Shown here piece by piece: positions 33,869-49,204 of a stretch of DNA of 64,000 nucleotides. Origin of the DNA: Escherichia coli (GTDB lineage: Bacteria > Pseudomonadota > Gammaproteobacteria > Enterobacterales > Enterobacteriaceae); the NCBI RefSeq assembly GCF_003334335.1, contig NZ_QOWQ01000026.1. One strand, given 5' to 3'. The first letter of the stretch is position 1, and each line of letters begins with the position of its first letter. Position numbers and translations under genes: made by a program. The notes beneath the pieces were generated by a model. The model ran no database searches. It saw only the letters and a program-made list of their open reading frames with translations, and had not been told where the DNA came from.

Positions 33869-34525
33869 TTATTGCAATTGCACAAGAGTCAGTTCGCCCC
33901 CAAAGACAGCACCTGTATCAATATAATGCAGGTTGCCAATATCCACGCGATGGCGCAACGGTGTATGACCAAACCAGAAATGATCAGCACCTGTAATTCC
34001 CTGCCCTTTTTGGCGTTCACCTAATCGCGAGCGGCTCCACAAGACCTGATGCAAATCAACGTCCTTTTGCCATTCATAAACATCATCTGGATAATCGGCA
34101 TGAGCAATAACATGTTTGCCGGTGCGACTATGTACTTCAAGAATAAAGGGCAAATGCTGACATTTTTCCAGCGCCGTTTTCGCTTGTTTCTGTTGATTAT
34201 CTGCCAGCGCAATAAACCAGTCGCCGCCATTCATCAACCACAAAGACATCTGCTGGGATGCCAGCGCATCCATCGCCATCTGTTCATGATTGCCTCTTAC
34301 CGCACAAACCCAATGTTGTTCCAGTAACTGCAGACAACGTAAACTTTGCGGCCCACGATCGATAACGTCTCCCACTGAGATAAGTAAATCTCGCCACGGA
34401 TCAAAACGACAATGCCATAATTTGCGGCGCAACTGCTCAAGACAACCGTGTATATCGCCAGAAAGCCAGATATGTCGCCATTGATGACCCGCAATTCTCT
34501 GATAAACGGGCGCAGGCTGTTTCAT
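33869..34525 (-). CDS. pphA: Serine/threonine protein phosphatase 1 (PPP-family)
   Basis: ORF track 219 aa; metallophosphoesterase motifs GDIHG, GDVIDRG, GNHE; start is one of two adjacent ATGs. Confidence 0.92.
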   Translation of the reverse strand: MKQPAPVYQRIAGHQWRHIWLSGDIHGCLEQLRRKLWHCRFDPWRDLLISVGDVIDRGPQSLRCLQLLEQHWVCAVRGNHEQMAMDALASQQMSLWLMNGGDWFIALADNQQKQAKTALEKCQHLPFILEVHSRTGKHVIAHADYPDDVYEWQKDVDLHQVLWSRSRLGERQKGQGITGADHFWFGHTPLRHRVDIGNLHYIDTGAVFGGELTLVQLQ

Positions 34526-34766
34526 CAATATTTTCCTCCCGCGCTAAAGATCACATAATCTTAACAAGAATGTTAAAAAACGCTGGACTCAGACAGTAGA
34601 GTGTGTGTTATGGTTGACTATAAAGTCAGCGAAGGAAATGCTTCTGGCTTTTAACAGATAAAAAGAGACCGAACACGATTCCTGTATTCGGTCCAGGGAA
34701 ATGGCTCTTGGGAGAGAGCCGTGCGCTAAAAGTTGGCATTAATGCAGGCTTAGTTGCCTTGCCCTT
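34520..34766 (+). ncRNA. ryeA: RyeA (SraC) sRNA, antisense partner overlapping SdsR
   Basis: RyeA is known to be encoded opposite SdsR between pphA and yebY; ends placed from recalled length (~250 nt), not determined from sequence. Confidence 0.4.
34659..34762 (-). ncRNA. sdsR: SdsR (RyeB) sigma-S-dependent sRNA
   Basis: Minus-strand read GCAAGGCAACTAAGCCTGCATTAATGCCAACTTTTAGCGCACGGCTCTCTCCCAAGAGCCATTTCCCTGGACCGAATACAGGAATCGTGTTCGGTCTCTTTTT matches the SdsR sequence as I recall it, including the terminator hairpin and U-tract. Confidence 0.85.
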
Positions 34767-34920
34767 TAAGAATAGATGACGACGCCAGGTTTTCCAGTTT
34801 GCGTGCAAAATGGTCAATAAAAAGCGCGGTAGTCATCAGCTTAAATGTTAAAAACCGCCCGTTCTGGTGAAAGAACTGAGGCGGTTTTTTTATTGGAAAT
34901 CAAAAGGCTATTTTAGGTAA

Positions 34921-35262
34921 TTAACAGAGTTTTTCAGCTCGTTCTATAAACGGTGCCAGACTCATTTTTTCGCCGGGATTGTTAGGATCATCAATCTGAA
35001 TCACCGAAATCGGCTGGGCTTTAGTCTTCCCACTGGCAACTTCCTTTTGTGCGATATCGTTTAAAGGATACTGCACGAGGGTACTTGGGTTGATGACATA
35101 CAAAGCATTACCCGGTCGGCAAGTCAGCATCACCTCTTCGCGATTAAACGCCCATTTGTCTTTACCCACTTCAAAACGGCTGACGGTAATCACCTGCGGT
35201 GCCGCCAGCGCCGCTGCAGAACTGGTGAGTAACAGAAACGCCAGAATACTTTTTTTCATCAT
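34921..35262 (-). CDS. yebY: Periplasmic protein YebY (DUF2511)
   Basis: ORF track 113 aa with signal peptide [20 protein letters not shown]; last gene of yobA-yebZ-yebY. Confidence 0.88.
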   Translation of the reverse strand: MMKKSILAFLLLTSSAAALAAPQVITVSRFEVGKDKWAFNREEVMLTCRPGNALYVINPSTLVQYPLNDIAQKEVASGKTKAQPISVIQIDDPNNPGEKMSLAPFIERAEKLC

Positions 35263-35274
35263 TTTCGTAATCCA

Positions 35275-36147
35275 TCAAAAAGGTTCGAGAGTCGCAAGCA
35301 GGCTGATGATCACCAGTACTACCGCACCTATCGCCCATTCGAGTTTAGTCATCCACACAAACAAGGGTGCCGCACGATCTTCATCCTGCCTCATGCGCGG
35401 TACAAGAACATAACGATTAGCCAGCGCAATGACCACCATAATCATCACCAGGATGGCTTTGAGCAATAAGAGTTGGCCCCAGTAAGTCGTAAGCGTGGGG
35501 GGAAATCCGGTAATCAACAATGCATTAAGCACGCCGCTTGCCAGTACGCCGATCACCGCAAAATGCCCGCACCAGGAAAAACGCATCAGCGCCTGAATAG
35601 CCTGGTGTCGCCAACGGCCTTTGATGAGTTGCATACACCAGAGCACCGGCAGTAATCCCCCAAACCACGCCGCCGCACAAATCAGGTGAATCGCGTGATT
35701 AGTCTGATGGATTTTCGCCGTTACCCCTTCATTCAGTGTCGCATGCCCGATTCCCGCCAGCAGAATAAATTGCGCGGTAGTGATCATAAACAGCAAACGT
35801 GGCATATTCCGCGGTTGCATAAGGGCGACGATCAACGTTACGAGGGCGAGAACAATTTGCCATAACCAGACGCCACCAAACTGCGTTTGCAAAACAGCCT
35901 GACAAATGTTTGGCGAAAATACATCTGCCCATCCCGTTCCCATCAACCCGCCCTGAACAGCGAGCATTGCAGTGGCACTGATCAAACTCCAGACGGCAGC
36001 GTGCTGTTGTAAACGCAGAAAACGCTTCGCCAGCAAGCGACGAATCGTTAAGGGAGCCAGCCAGGCACCGTACATTGCGAAGCCAAAGACCAGCATCAGC
36101 GAGGTGAAATGGATAAATCGCAGCGCGATCCAGGTAAACGCCAGCAT
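35275..36147 (-). CDS. yebZ: CopD-family inner-membrane protein YebZ
   Basis: ORF track 290 aa, polytopic membrane protein. Confidence 0.9.
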   Translation of the reverse strand: MLAFTWIALRFIHFTSLMLVFGFAMYGAWLAPLTIRRLLAKRFLRLQQHAAVWSLISATAMLAVQGGLMGTGWADVFSPNICQAVLQTQFGGVWLWQIVLALVTLIVALMQPRNMPRLLFMITTAQFILLAGIGHATLNEGVTAKIHQTNHAIHLICAAAWFGGLLPVLWCMQLIKGRWRHQAIQALMRFSWCGHFAVIGVLASGVLNALLITGFPPTLTTYWGQLLLLKAILVMIMVVIALANRYVLVPRMRQDEDRAAPLFVWMTKLEWAIGAVVLVIISLLATLEPF

Positions 36148-36150
36148 GAT

Positions 36151-36525
36151 TTATTTCACGCTAAAGGTGTAGTGTCCTTTCGTTTTATGCCCGTCCACCG
36201 AAACAACATGCCAGTCAACGGTGTAGGTTCCGGGTTTCAGCGAATCGGCCAGTGGAACAATCAGTTGCTTTTGGTCCTGCTCATTTCGCTTCGCCGGTAA
36301 TGTTTTAATATTTTCGTTTTTTGGCCCCGTGATTTTTGCACCACTGAATCCTGTTTCAACACCTTCCGAGAAGTTTAAAGTGATTGCCTGCGGTGCAGCT
36401 GTCACTTGCGCGTTTGCCGCAGGATACTGATGCGTTAAATGCGCATGTGCCCAGACTGAAGGTGTCACCAACGAAGTGGTCAGGATTGCCAGCGCGTAGC
36501 GAAGGGAGCGTGCAGTTGAAGCCAT
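36151..36525 (-). CDS. yobA: CopC-family periplasmic copper-binding protein YobA
   Basis: ORF track 124 aa; signal peptide then HAHL... mature N-terminus typical of CopC. Confidence 0.9.
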   Translation of the reverse strand: MASTARSLRYALAILTTSLVTPSVWAHAHLTHQYPAANAQVTAAPQAITLNFSEGVETGFSGAKITGPKNENIKTLPAKRNEQDQKQLIVPLADSLKPGTYTVDWHVVSVDGHKTKGHYTFSVK

Positions 36526-36663
36526 ATTATCTATTCCTTTTTGTAATAACTTTTTTACAGAGCATAACCTTGTCTAATGTCTGAGTCGAGGATCATCAAT
36601 TCCGGCTTGCCATCCAGGCTCACTCTTAGTAACTTTTGCCCGCGAATGATGAGGAGATTAAGA

Positions 36664-36894
36664 ATGCTGAAGAATCTGGCTAAACTGGATCAAACAGAAA
36701 TGGATAAAGTGAATGTCGATTTGGCGGCGGCCGGGGTGGCATTTAAAGAACGCTACAATATGCCGGTGATCGCTGAAGCGGTTGAACGTGAACAGCCTGA
36801 ACATTTGCGCAGCTGGTTTCGCGAGCGGCTTATTGCCCACCGTTTGGCTTCGGTCAATCTGTCACGTTTACCTTACGAGCCCAAACTTAAATAA
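36664..36894 (+). CDS. holE: DNA polymerase III theta subunit
   Basis: ORF track 36577..36894 trimmed to the ATG at 36664 ([35 protein letters not shown]..., 76 aa). Confidence 0.9.
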
Positions 36895-36995
36895 AACTTA
36901 TACAGAGTTACACTTTCTTACATAACGCCTGCTAAATTATGAGTATTTTCTAAACCGCACCCATAATTTGCAGTCATTTTGAAAAGGAAGTCATT

Positions 36996-37652
36996 ATGTC
37001 GTTCTGGAAAGTTGCAGCAGCGCAATATGAGCCTCGTAAAACCTCACTCACCGAACAGGTAGCTCATCATCTGGAGTTTGTGAGGGCCGCCGCCAGGCAA
37101 CAATGTCAGCTGTTAGTTTTTCCATCGCTTTCTTTACTGGGGTGTGATTATTCGCGACGTGCCCTTCCTGCCCCACCCGATCTCTCACTGTTAGACCCGC
37201 TTTGTTATGCCGCAACGACCTGGCGAATGACCATCATTGCCGGCCTTCCCGTTGAATATAACGATCGCTTTATTCGTGGAATTGCGGTGTTCGCACCGTG
37301 GCGAAAAACGCCTGGGATCTACCATCAGAGTCATGGTGCATGTCTGGGCCGTCGTTCCAGAACCATCACGGTGGTCGATGAACAACCGCAAGGTATGGAT
37401 ATGGACCCGACCTGTTCACTGTTTACGACAGGGCAATGTCTGGGAGAACCCGACCTGCTGGCGTCGGCCCGTCGCTTACAATTTTTTTCACATCAGTACT
37501 CGATTGCTGTGCTGATGGCAAATGCCCGTGGTAACAGTGCACTATGGGATGAATATGGTCGTCTCATCGTTCGCGCCGATCGTGGTTCATTATTGTTAGT
37601 CGGTCAGCGTTCATCACAGGGTTGGCAAGGCGATATCATTCCATTACGCTAG
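36996..37652 (+). CDS. yobB: Carbon-nitrogen hydrolase family protein YobB
   Basis: ORF track 218 aa. Confidence 0.85.
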   Translation: MSFWKVAAAQYEPRKTSLTEQVAHHLEFVRAAARQQCQLLVFPSLSLLGCDYSRRALPAPPDLSLLDPLCYAATTWRMTIIAGLPVEYNDRFIRGIAVFAPWRKTPGIYHQSHGACLGRRSRTITVVDEQPQGMDMDPTCSLFTTGQCLGEPDLLASARRLQFFSHQYSIAVLMANARGNSALWDEYGRLIVRADRGSLLLVGQRSSQGWQGDIIPLR

Positions 37653-37675
37653 GCTTTTTCGGCCTGGAGCATGCC

Positions 37676-40422
<2,747 letters not shown>

Positions 40423-40603
40423 TTATAAGGGTGGCAAAACTCACCGGGGATGCAAGCGAAACAGGGGAGTCATTGCTTAGATGATGACAGGTAATGGCGC
40501 GGATATCGAATGTTATGCAGACAGAGAAAATCAGCCTGTTCAAATGGCTGTGCGATTCTGGATAGCCCGAAATAGTCAACTTCAGGCTATCCAGAGAGCG
40601 GAA

Positions 40604-41263
40604 TTATTCCGCCAAAGTGCGTTTTTGCTGTTCGAGATCGCGTTCAATGCCGTCACGAACATCCTGGGGGATTTTCAGCGCGTCACCCAGTGCATTCAGG
40701 TAACTGCGTTCCATAAAATGGTCAATATCAATAGCCGCGCAACTCAGGAAATAGATTTCCAGCGCCTCTTCTTCATTGCGGACCCCGGTAGCCAGGCGTT
40801 GTGGATCCAGCGGTTGTTCGATTGCCTGCTCAATGAGTACACGCCCCTGCTCTTCCACGCCGGCTTCACGCAATTGCTGGTCGATTGCCGCACGTTCTTT
40901 GGCATCAATATGACCATCACTTTTAGCGGCAAAGACCAGCGCAAGGATCAAACGTTCTGTACGCTCATCCAGCGGCGTACTTTGCGCGCCAAACTGCGGT
41001 TCGTCCTGATGCGCCGCGCGAATTTTATCTTTGTATTTATTCCACAGCACCGTACCCGCTACCGCTCCGCCGCCAACCAGTAACGCGTTGGTGCCATATT
41101 TCGTAAGAAGTTTACGTGCTGATTTATTTGCGACCAGCAGCCCAGCCAGTCCGCCTAATGCGCCTGGCACTAACAGTTTGCCCAATCCCTGATCCGCAGA
41201 CGAGGAGGTAGAAGAACTGCTTTGCCCAAGCAGGGATTGCAGTTGATTTAACCAGTTAGCCAT
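40604..41263 (-). CDS. yebE: Inner-membrane protein YebE (DUF533)
   Basis: ORF track 219 aa. Confidence 0.88.
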   Translation of the reverse strand: MANWLNQLQSLLGQSSSSTSSSADQGLGKLLVPGALGGLAGLLVANKSARKLLTKYGTNALLVGGGAVAGTVLWNKYKDKIRAAHQDEPQFGAQSTPLDERTERLILALVFAAKSDGHIDAKERAAIDQQLREAGVEEQGRVLIEQAIEQPLDPQRLATGVRNEEEALEIYFLSCAAIDIDHFMERSYLNALGDALKIPQDVRDGIERDLEQQKRTLAE

Positions 41264-41589
41264 ATTTGCTCCTCAATAACCATTTTTAGTGCCTGTAGCA
41301 TAGCGGATGAGGATGTCAGAAAATGTATATCGAGACAAAAGATGCGCAAATAAGCGGGGCGGTAGGCCGTTATTCAAAGAAATTCGCGCCAGGTAAGGTA
41401 TTTACTGTATATCAGGTGATAAGGGTATTTTAGGTGAAAGTAGTTTGTCGTTTTGAGTGGCATTGTTTGATGCTGATTGCCCGATGCGACGCTGTTGCGT
41501 CTTCTCAGGCCTACGATTGTGGTGCGTTCTGGGGCGGACAAGGCACTCGCGCCGCATCCGCCAACGGTCAATCGAATTATCAGAAGCCA

Positions 41590-41994
<405 letters not shown>

Positions 41995-42012
41995 TCAGGA
42001 GCGCAAGTTGCT

Positions 42013-42303
42013 TCAGGCCGCGTGTGAGGCATCTTCCTCTTCGGATTCAGCACCGACGACCTGTGGGGACGGTAATTTGCCGGTTTTCAGAATGGTGCTC
42101 AGCACATCTTTTTGTTCTGCCAGCCATAGCGAAAGGGCTTCACGTTGCTCGTCTTCCATTTGCACTGGAGAATTTGTCAGCCAGGTGTCAAGCAGATCCG
42201 CCGTATCAAGCATTTTATCATAAGCATCGGCTTCCTTTTTGCTGGTAAACGACATTTTCTCTTCGCCCTCACGAATGACTACGTATTTAACTTCAACCGC
42301 CAT
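42013..42303 (-). CDS. yebG: DNA-damage-inducible protein YebG
   Basis: ORF track 96 aa; acidic C-terminus; LexA box immediately upstream. Confidence 0.92.
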   Translation of the reverse strand: MAVEVKYVVIREGEEKMSFTSKKEADAYDKMLDTADLLDTWLTNSPVQMEDEQREALSLWLAEQKDVLSTILKTGKLPSPQVVGAESEEEDASHAA

Positions 42304-42322
42304 TTGCAGCCTCTCATAATAA

Positions 42323-42338
42323 CTGTTATTTTATACAG
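42323..42338. promoter_or_regulatory. LexA (SOS) box in the yebG promoter
   Basis: ctgt-tattttat-acag is a perfect CTGT-N8-ACAG match ~20 bp upstream of the yebG ATG. Confidence 0.85.
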
Positions 42339-42383
42339 TATATTTCTTTTCGGTTGAGAAATCAACATCAGCAATAAAGACAC

Positions 42384-42399
42384 ACGCAAACGTTTTCGT
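42384..42399. promoter_or_regulatory. PurR operator upstream of purT
   Basis: acgcaaacgttttcgt matches the PurR box as I recall it (ACGCAAACGTTTTCNT), ~40 bp upstream of purT. Confidence 0.85.
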
Positions 42400-42436
42400 T
42401 TATACTGCGCGCGGAATTAATCAGGGGATATTCGTT

Positions 42437-43615
42437 ATGACGTTATTAGGCACTGCGCTGCGTCCGGCAGCAACTCGCGTGATGTTATTAGGCTCCGGTG
42501 AACTGGGTAAAGAAGTGGCAATCGAGTGTCAGCGTCTCGGCGTAGAGGTGATTGCCGTCGATCGCTATGCCGACGCACCAGCCATGCATGTCGCGCATCG
42601 CTCCCATGTCATTAATATGCTTGATGGTGATGCATTACGCCGTGTGGTTGAACTGGAAAAACCACATTATATCGTGCCGGAGATCGAAGCTATTGCCACC
42701 GATATGCTGATCCAACTTGAAGAGGAAGGACTGAATGTTGTCCCCTGCGCTCGCGCAACGAAATTAACGATGAATCGCGAGGGTATCCGTCGCCTGGCGG
42801 CAGAACAGCTGCAGCTGCCCACTTCCACTTATCGTTTTGCCGATAGCGAAAGCCTTTTCCGCGAGGCGGTTGCCGCCATTGGCTATCCCTGCATTGTAAA
42901 ACCGGTGATGAGCTCTTCCGGCAAGGGGCAGACGTTTATTCGCTCTGCAGAGCAACTTGCTCAGGCATGGGAATACGCTCAGCAAGGCGGTCGCGCCGGA
43001 GCGGGCCGCGTAATTGTTGAAGGCGTCGTTAAGTTTGACTTCGAAATTACCCTGCTAACCGTCAGCGCGGTGGATGGCGTCCATTTCTGTGCACCAGTAG
43101 GTCATCGCCAGGAAGATGGCGACTACCGTGAATCCTGGCAACCACAGCAAATGAGCCCGCTTGCCCTTGAACGTGCGCAGGAGATTGCCCGTAAAGTGGT
43201 GCTGGCACTGGGCGGTTATGGTCTGTTTGGTGTCGAGCTGTTTGTCTGTGGTGATGAGGTGATTTTCAGTGAGGTCTCCCCTCGTCCACATGATACCGGG
43301 ATGGTGACGTTAATTTCTCAAGATCTCTCAGAGTTTGCCCTGCATGTACGTGCCTTCCTCGGACTTCCTGTTGGCGGGATCCGTCAGTATGGTCCTGCAG
43401 CTTCTGCCGTTATTCTGCCACAACTGACCAGTCAGAATGTCACGTTTGATAATGTGCAGAATGCCGTAGGCGCAGATTTGCAGATTCGTTTATTTGGTAA
43501 GCCGGAAATTGATGGCAGCCGTCGTCTGGGTGTTGCGCTGGCGACCGCTGAGAGTGTTGTTGACGCCATTGAACGCGCGAAGCACGCCGCCGGACAGGTA
43601 AAAGTACAGGGTTAA
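42437..43615 (+). CDS. purT: Formate-dependent phosphoribosylglycinamide formyltransferase (GAR transformylase T)
   Basis: ORF track 392 aa; ATP-grasp fold motifs. Confidence 0.95.
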   Translation: MTLLGTALRPAATRVMLLGSGELGKEVAIECQRLGVEVIAVDRYADAPAMHVAHRSHVINMLDGDALRRVVELEKPHYIVPEIEAIATDMLIQLEEEGLNVVPCARATKLTMNREGIRRLAAEQLQLPTSTYRFADSESLFREAVAAIGYPCIVKPVMSSSGKGQTFIRSAEQLAQAWEYAQQGGRAGAGRVIVEGVVKFDFEITLLTVSAVDGVHFCAPVGHRQEDGDYRESWQPQQMSPLALERAQEIARKVVLALGGYGLFGVELFVCGDEVIFSEVSPRPHDTGMVTLISQDLSEFALHVRAFLGLPVGGIRQYGPAASAVILPQLTSQNVTFDNVQNAVGADLQIRLFGKPEIDGSRRLGVALATAESVVDAIERAKHAAGQVKVQG

Positions 43616-43635
43616 ACCCGGCAAAAAAACGCTAC

Positions 43636-43665
43636 AAAAATGCCCGATCGTAGATCGGGCGTTTT
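43636..43665. terminator. Bidirectional intrinsic terminator between convergent purT and eda
   Basis: aaaaa-gcccgatc-gta-gatcgggc-gtttt. Confidence 0.8.
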
Positions 43666-43670
43666 GACTT

Positions 43671-44312
43671 TTACAGCTTAGCGCCTTCTACAGCTTCACG
43701 CGCCAGCTTAGTAATGCGGTCGTAATCGCCCGCTTCCAGCGCATCTGCCGGAACCAGCCAGGAACCACCGATGCACAGCACGCTTTTCAGCGCCAGGTAG
43801 TCACGGTAGTTAGCCGGAGAAATACCACCCGTCGGGCAGAAACGGACCTGGGAGAACGGACCCGCGATCGCCTGCAGGGCTTTCACGCCGCCGTTAGCTT
43901 CAGCCGGGAAGAATTTGAACTCTTTCAAACCGTAGTCCATACCCAGCATCAGTTCGGAAACAGTGCTGATCCCCGGAATTAGAGGAATAGTCCCTTCGGT
44001 AGCAGCTTTCAGCAGCGGCTCGGTCAGACCCGGGCTAATTGCGAACTGTGCACCCGCTTCAGTGACTTCTGCCAGCTGCTGTGGATTCAGCACCGTACCG
44101 GCACCCACAATCGCTTCAGGCACTTCTTTGGCGATAGCACGGATAGCGTCAACTGCACACTCGGTACGCAGAGTCACTTCCAGAACGCGCACCCCACCAG
44201 CAACCAACGCTTTTGCCATCGGCACTGCGTGTTCCAGTTTTTTTACCACGATAACCGGTACAACCGGGCCGGTGGTCAGGATTGATTCTGCACTTGTTTT
44301 CCAGTTTTTCAT
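43671..44312 (-). CDS. eda: KHG/KDPG aldolase (Entner-Doudoroff)
   Basis: ORF track 213 aa. Confidence 0.95.
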
Positions 44313-44348
44313 CAGAGTTTTCTCTCGCCTGATTACAAATTTGTCGTC

Positions 44349-46160
44349 TTAAAAAGTGATACAGGTTGCGCCCTGTTCGGCACCGGACAGTTTTTCACGC
44401 AAGGCGCTGAATAATTCACGTCCTGTCCCCACGCGTGACGCGCTCAGGTCAGGAATGTGCGGTTCGCGAGCAGCCAGTTCCGCTTCGTCTACCAGCAGCG
44501 TCAGTTCGCCTGTCTGTCCATTCACACGAATGATGTCCCCGTCGCGCACTTTTGCCAGCAGCCCGCCATCGTAGGCTTCTGGTGTTACGTGGATAGCTGA
44601 CGGCACTTTACCTGAAGCGCCGGAGAGTCGTCCATCGGTAACTAACGCAATTTTGAAACACCGGTCCAATAATACACCAAGTGGCGGCATGAGTTTATGT
44701 AATTCTGGCATTCCGTTCGCTTTTGGCCCCTGATGACGGACAACAACGACACAATCGCGGTCCAGCAAACCCGCTTCAAAGGCCGGCATAACGTCATGCT
44801 GGCTTTCAAAAACAACCGCTGGCGCTTCAATCACCTGGTTCTCAACCGGCACGGCAGAGGTTTTCATAACCGCGCGGCCCAGGTTACCGCTTAACACTTT
44901 TGTCCCACCATGATGAGAGAAAGGTTGCTCGAAGGAAGCGATCACATTGCTGTCGAGTGATTTTTCCGCCCCTTCCCGCCAGTCCAGTTCACCATTATTC
45001 AGCCATGGTTCAAGGGTATAACGAGACAGACCAAAGCCTGCCACCGTATTGACATCTTCATGCAGCAGGCCTGCTTTGAGCAGTTCACGCACCAGAACCG
45101 GTACGCCACCTGCCGCCTGGAAGTGGTTAATATCGGCCGGACCGTTCGGGTAGAGACGTGCCATCAGCGGTACAACATCAGAAAGGTCAGAGAAGTCATC
45201 CCAGTTAATCTGAATACCGGCCGCGCGCGCCATCGCCACCAGGTGCATGGTGTGGTTAGTGGAACCACCGGTCGCCAGCAGTGCAACGATACCGTTCACC
45301 ACCACTTTCTCATCGATCATCTTACCGATCGGCATCCATTCATTACCATTACCGGTCATGCGTGTAACCTGACGCGCAGCGGCAACGGTCAAAGCATCGC
45401 GCAGCGGAGAATCCGGATGAACAAAAGAAGAGCCTGGCAACTGCATCCCCATAAACTCCACCACCATCTGGTTGGTGTTGGCAGTACCGTAGAAAGTACA
45501 TGTTCCCGGCGCATGGTAAGACGCGGCCTCTGACTCCAGTAAGGCCATGCGGTCCACTTTACCTTCGGCATAAAGCTGGCGAATACGCACTTTTTCTTTA
45601 TTTGGCAAACCGCTTGCCATCGGTCCAGACGGCACAAACACCGCAGGCAAATGACCAAACGACAGGGCTGCCATCGTCAGACCTGGGACAATCTTGTCGC
45701 ATACACCGAGGAACAGAGCACCATCAAACATGTTATGGGACAGCCCCACCGCCGCAGACATCGCAATCACTTCTCGGCTTAACAGCGACAATTCCATTCC
45801 ATCCTGCCCCTGGGTGACACCATCACACATCGCCGGAACACCACCCGCAACCTGACCAACCGCATTCGCTTCATGCAGGGCTTTACGAATGATTTCTGGA
45901 TAGTGTTCATAAGGCTGGTGCGCGGAGAGCATGTCGTTATAGGAGGTGATGATGGCGATATTGTTACGCAACATGCTTTTCAAAGAGGCTTTGTCTTCTG
46001 GCTGGCAGGCAGCGAAACCGTGTGCCAGGTTACCGCATGCCAACTGCGAACGATGAACGGTCGACGTTTTCGCTTGTTCTATCCGGCCGAGATAAGCAGA
46101 GCGAGTCTCGCGAGAACGTTCAATGATTCGATTTGTTACGCGTAACAATTGTGGATTCAT
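44349..46160 (-). CDS. edd: Phosphogluconate dehydratase (Entner-Doudoroff)
   Basis: ORF track 603 aa; IlvD/Edd family. Confidence 0.95.
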   Translation of the reverse strand: MNPQLLRVTNRIIERSRETRSAYLGRIEQAKTSTVHRSQLACGNLAHGFAACQPEDKASLKSMLRNNIAIITSYNDMLSAHQPYEHYPEIIRKALHEANAVGQVAGGVPAMCDGVTQGQDGMELSLLSREVIAMSAAVGLSHNMFDGALFLGVCDKIVPGLTMAALSFGHLPAVFVPSGPMASGLPNKEKVRIRQLYAEGKVDRMALLESEAASYHAPGTCTFYGTANTNQMVVEFMGMQLPGSSFVHPDSPLRDALTVAAARQVTRMTGNGNEWMPIGKMIDEKVVVNGIVALLATGGSTNHTMHLVAMARAAGIQINWDDFSDLSDVVPLMARLYPNGPADINHFQAAGGVPVLVRELLKAGLLHEDVNTVAGFGLSRYTLEPWLNNGELDWREGAEKSLDSNVIASFEQPFSHHGGTKVLSGNLGRAVMKTSAVPVENQVIEAPAVVFESQHDVMPAFEAGLLDRDCVVVVRHQGPKANGMPELHKLMPPLGVLLDRCFKIALVTDGRLSGASGKVPSAIHVTPEAYDGGLLAKVRDGDIIRVNGQTGELTLLVDEAELAAREPHIPDLSASRVGTGRELFSALREKLSGAEQGATCITF

Positions 46161-46282
46161 AAAGGCTCCTGAAATTGAGTTGTCAGAGCAGGATGATTCA
46201 CAACGCGTTTCATTCGGAGGATTTATGAGTGAAACGCCTGTAACCGGAGCTCATAGGGCAAAAACGTTTCAGTCAGTGTAAT

Positions 46283-46315
46283 AAAAAAAGCCTCGTGGGT
46301 GAATCCGCACGAGGC
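46283..46315 (-). terminator. Intrinsic terminator downstream of zwf
   Basis: gcctcgtg-ggtgaatccg-cacgaggc hairpin; minus-strand read followed by TTTTTTT. Confidence 0.8.
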
Positions 46316-46394
46316 CTGAAAGTGTAAAAATTGTTCTACAATCTGCGCAAGATCATGTTACCGGTAAAATAACCATAAAGGATAAGCGCAGATA

Positions 46395-47870
46395 TTACTC
46401 AAACTCATTCCAGGAACGACCATCACGGGTAATCATCGCCACCGAGGCAACGGGTCCCCAGGTTCCGGCCTGATACGGTTTCGGCGCATCATTGTCCATC
46501 GCCCACGCCTCAGTAATGGAGTCTACCCATTTCCAGGCTTCTTCCACTTCATCACGACGTACAAACAGTGCCTGAATACCACGCATGGTTTCCAGCAGCA
46601 GACGTTCATAGGCATCCGCCAGATGCGTCTGATTAAAGGTTTCTGAATAGCTCAGATCCAGCTTGGTGATTTGCAGGTTATGTTTGTGGTCAAGGCCAGG
46701 AACTTTATTCAGTACCTGGATATCCACGCCTTCATCAGGTTGCAGACGGATAGTCAGTTTATTCTGCGGCAGATCCTGCCACGACTCTTTAAACAGATTC
46801 AGTTCAGGTGTTTTGAAATAGACCACGACTTCAGAACATTTGGTCGGCAGACGTTTACCAGTACGCAGGTAGAATGGCACACCGGCCCAGCGCCAGTTAT
46901 CAATGTCGACGCGGATCGCCACGAAGGTTTCTGTATTGCTGCTCTTGTTCGCGCCCTCTTCTTCCAGATATCCCGGCACTTTTTTGCCCTGGGCGAAGCC
47001 CGCAGTATATTGCCCGCGTACGGTTTTTTCGCGTACGTTGGAGCGGTCGATGCGGCGCAGAGACTTCAGTACTTTCACTTTTTCATCGCGGATGCTGTCT
47101 GCGCTCAGGTCAGACGGCGGAGACATCGCAATCATGCAGAGAATTTGCAGCAGGTGGTTTTGGATCATATCGCGCATCTGACCGGCTTTATCAAAATAGC
47201 CCCAGCGCCCTTCGATCCCCACTTCTTCTGCCACGGTAATCTCAACATGATCAATGGTGCGATTGTCCCAGTTATTCACAAACAGGGAGTTAGCAAAACG
47301 CAGCGCCAACAGGTTCAGCACCGTTTCTTTACCAAGATAGTGGTCGATACGGTAAACCTGGCACTCCTCGAAGTATTCGCCAACCTGATCATTGATTTCC
47401 TGCGAGGTCGCCAGCGACGTCCCTAGCGGTTTCTCCATGACTACGCGTGCCGGTTTAGCATTCAGTTTAGCCTCGCCAAGCCCTTTGCAAATTGCGCCAA
47501 AAGTGCTGGGCGGCATGGCAAAGTAGTTAATGGTGATACGATTTTTTTGATCCAGCATCGCGCCGAGACGGCTGAATGCAGCAGTGTCATTGACATCGAG
47601 ATTACAAAAATCCAGACGTGCACTCAGGGTGTCCCATAAACCTTCATCAATGGTTTCTTTCATGAAAGTTTCGAGCGCCTCGCGGACAACTTTGGTATAT
47701 GCCGCTTTATCCCAGTCAGCACGCCCTACGCCGATAATCCGGGTGTCCGGGTTGAGCTGACCGGCTTTTTCCAGTTGATACAGGGAAGGCAGCAATTTAC
47801 GACGCGCAAGGTCGCCTTTCGCGCCGAAAATGACCAGGTCACAGGCCTGGGCTGTTTGCGTTACCGCCAT
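46395..47870 (-). CDS. zwf: Glucose-6-phosphate 1-dehydrogenase
   Basis: ORF track 491 aa; NADP-binding GAKGDLA and active-site RIDHYLGKE motifs. Confidence 0.97.
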   Translation of the reverse strand: MAVTQTAQACDLVIFGAKGDLARRKLLPSLYQLEKAGQLNPDTRIIGVGRADWDKAAYTKVVREALETFMKETIDEGLWDTLSARLDFCNLDVNDTAAFSRLGAMLDQKNRITINYFAMPPSTFGAICKGLGEAKLNAKPARVVMEKPLGTSLATSQEINDQVGEYFEECQVYRIDHYLGKETVLNLLALRFANSLFVNNWDNRTIDHVEITVAEEVGIEGRWGYFDKAGQMRDMIQNHLLQILCMIAMSPPSDLSADSIRDEKVKVLKSLRRIDRSNVREKTVRGQYTAGFAQGKKVPGYLEEEGANKSSNTETFVAIRVDIDNWRWAGVPFYLRTGKRLPTKCSEVVVYFKTPELNLFKESWQDLPQNKLTIRLQPDEGVDIQVLNKVPGLDHKHNLQITKLDLSYSETFNQTHLADAYERLLLETMRGIQALFVRRDEVEEAWKWVDSITEAWAMDNDAPKPYQAGTWGPVASVAMITRDGRSWNEFE

Positions 47871-48207
47871 GTCATTCTCCTTAAGTTAACTAACCCGGTA
47901 CTTAAGCCAGGGTATACTTGTAATTTTCTTACGGTGCACTGTACTGCTTTTACGAGCTTGCGAAAACTGTAAACGCTTATCCACCCGTGCGATTACGGTA
48001 AAAGCGCGCAAAGTGCGGTAAAACTGATAAAAAAATCATCGTTTTCCATTGGGTAAAAATCTGACACTGATCATGTTATGAAAAAAAATAACAACTTTTT
48101 TATCTGCTTTTGTCATTAACACAGCACACAGGCGTAATATCTGACAAAACTACATTTCGATTTCTTTCAGTGCGGAAATCGTCATTACCCGTGAGTTTCT
48201 TTACATC

Positions 48208-49077
48208 ATGAATATGCTGGAAAAAATCCAGTCTCAGCTGGAACATTTGAGCAAATCAGAGCGCAAAGTTGCCGAGGTCATTCTGGCTTCGCCCGATAAC
48301 GCGATCCATTCGAGTATTGCTGCTCTGGCGCTGGAAGCCAATGTTAGCGAACCGACGGTGAATCGTTTCTGTCGCAGCATGGACACGCGCGGTTTTCCTG
48401 ATTTTAAACTTCATCTGGCACAAAGTCTGGCGAATGGCACTCCCTATGTTAATCGCAATGTCAATGAAGATGACAGCGTTGAATCATACACAGGGAAAAT
48501 ATTTGAGTCCGCAATGGCAACGCTTGATCATGTCCGTCATTCACTGGATAAATCTGCCATCAACCGCGCCGTCGACTTGCTCACTCAGGCAAAAAAAATC
48601 GCCTTTTTCGGATTAGGCTCTTCAGCCGCCGTTGCCCACGATGCGATGAATAAGTTCTTTCGTTTTAATGTTCCGGTGGTGTACTCCGATGATATCGTGC
48701 TGCAACGCATGAGTTGTATGAATTGTAGCGACGGAGACGTGGTGGTGCTGATTTCTCACACTGGAAGAACAAAAAATCTGGTCGAGCTGGCGCAGCTGGC
48801 TCGCGAAAACGACGCAATGGTGATTGCCCTCACCTCTGCGGGTACCCCGCTCGCCCGGGAAGCAACGCTGGCAATTACCCTCGACGTACCGGAAGATACT
48901 GACATTTATATGCCCATGGTTTCTCGACTTGCACAGCTGACCGTGATAGATGTGCTGGCGACAGGATTTACTTTGCGACGCGGTGCAAAATTCAGAGATA
49001 ACTTGAAGCGGGTCAAGGAAGCGCTGAAGGAATCGCGTTTTGATAAGCAGTTACTTAATTTAAGTGACGATCGCTAA
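48208..49077 (+). CDS. hexR: RpiR-family transcriptional regulator HexR (YebK)
   Basis: ORF track 289 aa; N-terminal HTH and C-terminal SIS domain. Confidence 0.92.
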   Translation: MNMLEKIQSQLEHLSKSERKVAEVILASPDNAIHSSIAALALEANVSEPTVNRFCRSMDTRGFPDFKLHLAQSLANGTPYVNRNVNEDDSVESYTGKIFESAMATLDHVRHSLDKSAINRAVDLLTQAKKIAFFGLGSSAAVAHDAMNKFFRFNVPVVYSDDIVLQRMSCMNCSDGDVVVLISHTGRTKNLVELAQLARENDAMVIALTSAGTPLAREATLAITLDVPEDTDIYMPMVSRLAQLTVIDVLATGFTLRRGAKFRDNLKRVKEALKESRFDKQLLNLSDDR

Positions 49078-49204
49078 AAACGACTGTCACTGTCCTAATC
49101 TTATACGACATCCGAATGAGATTAATTTATCGCCATCGCGGCGTTATTTCATTCGGATTTCATGTTCAAGCAACACCTGGTTGTTTCAGTCAACGGAGTA
49201 TTAC

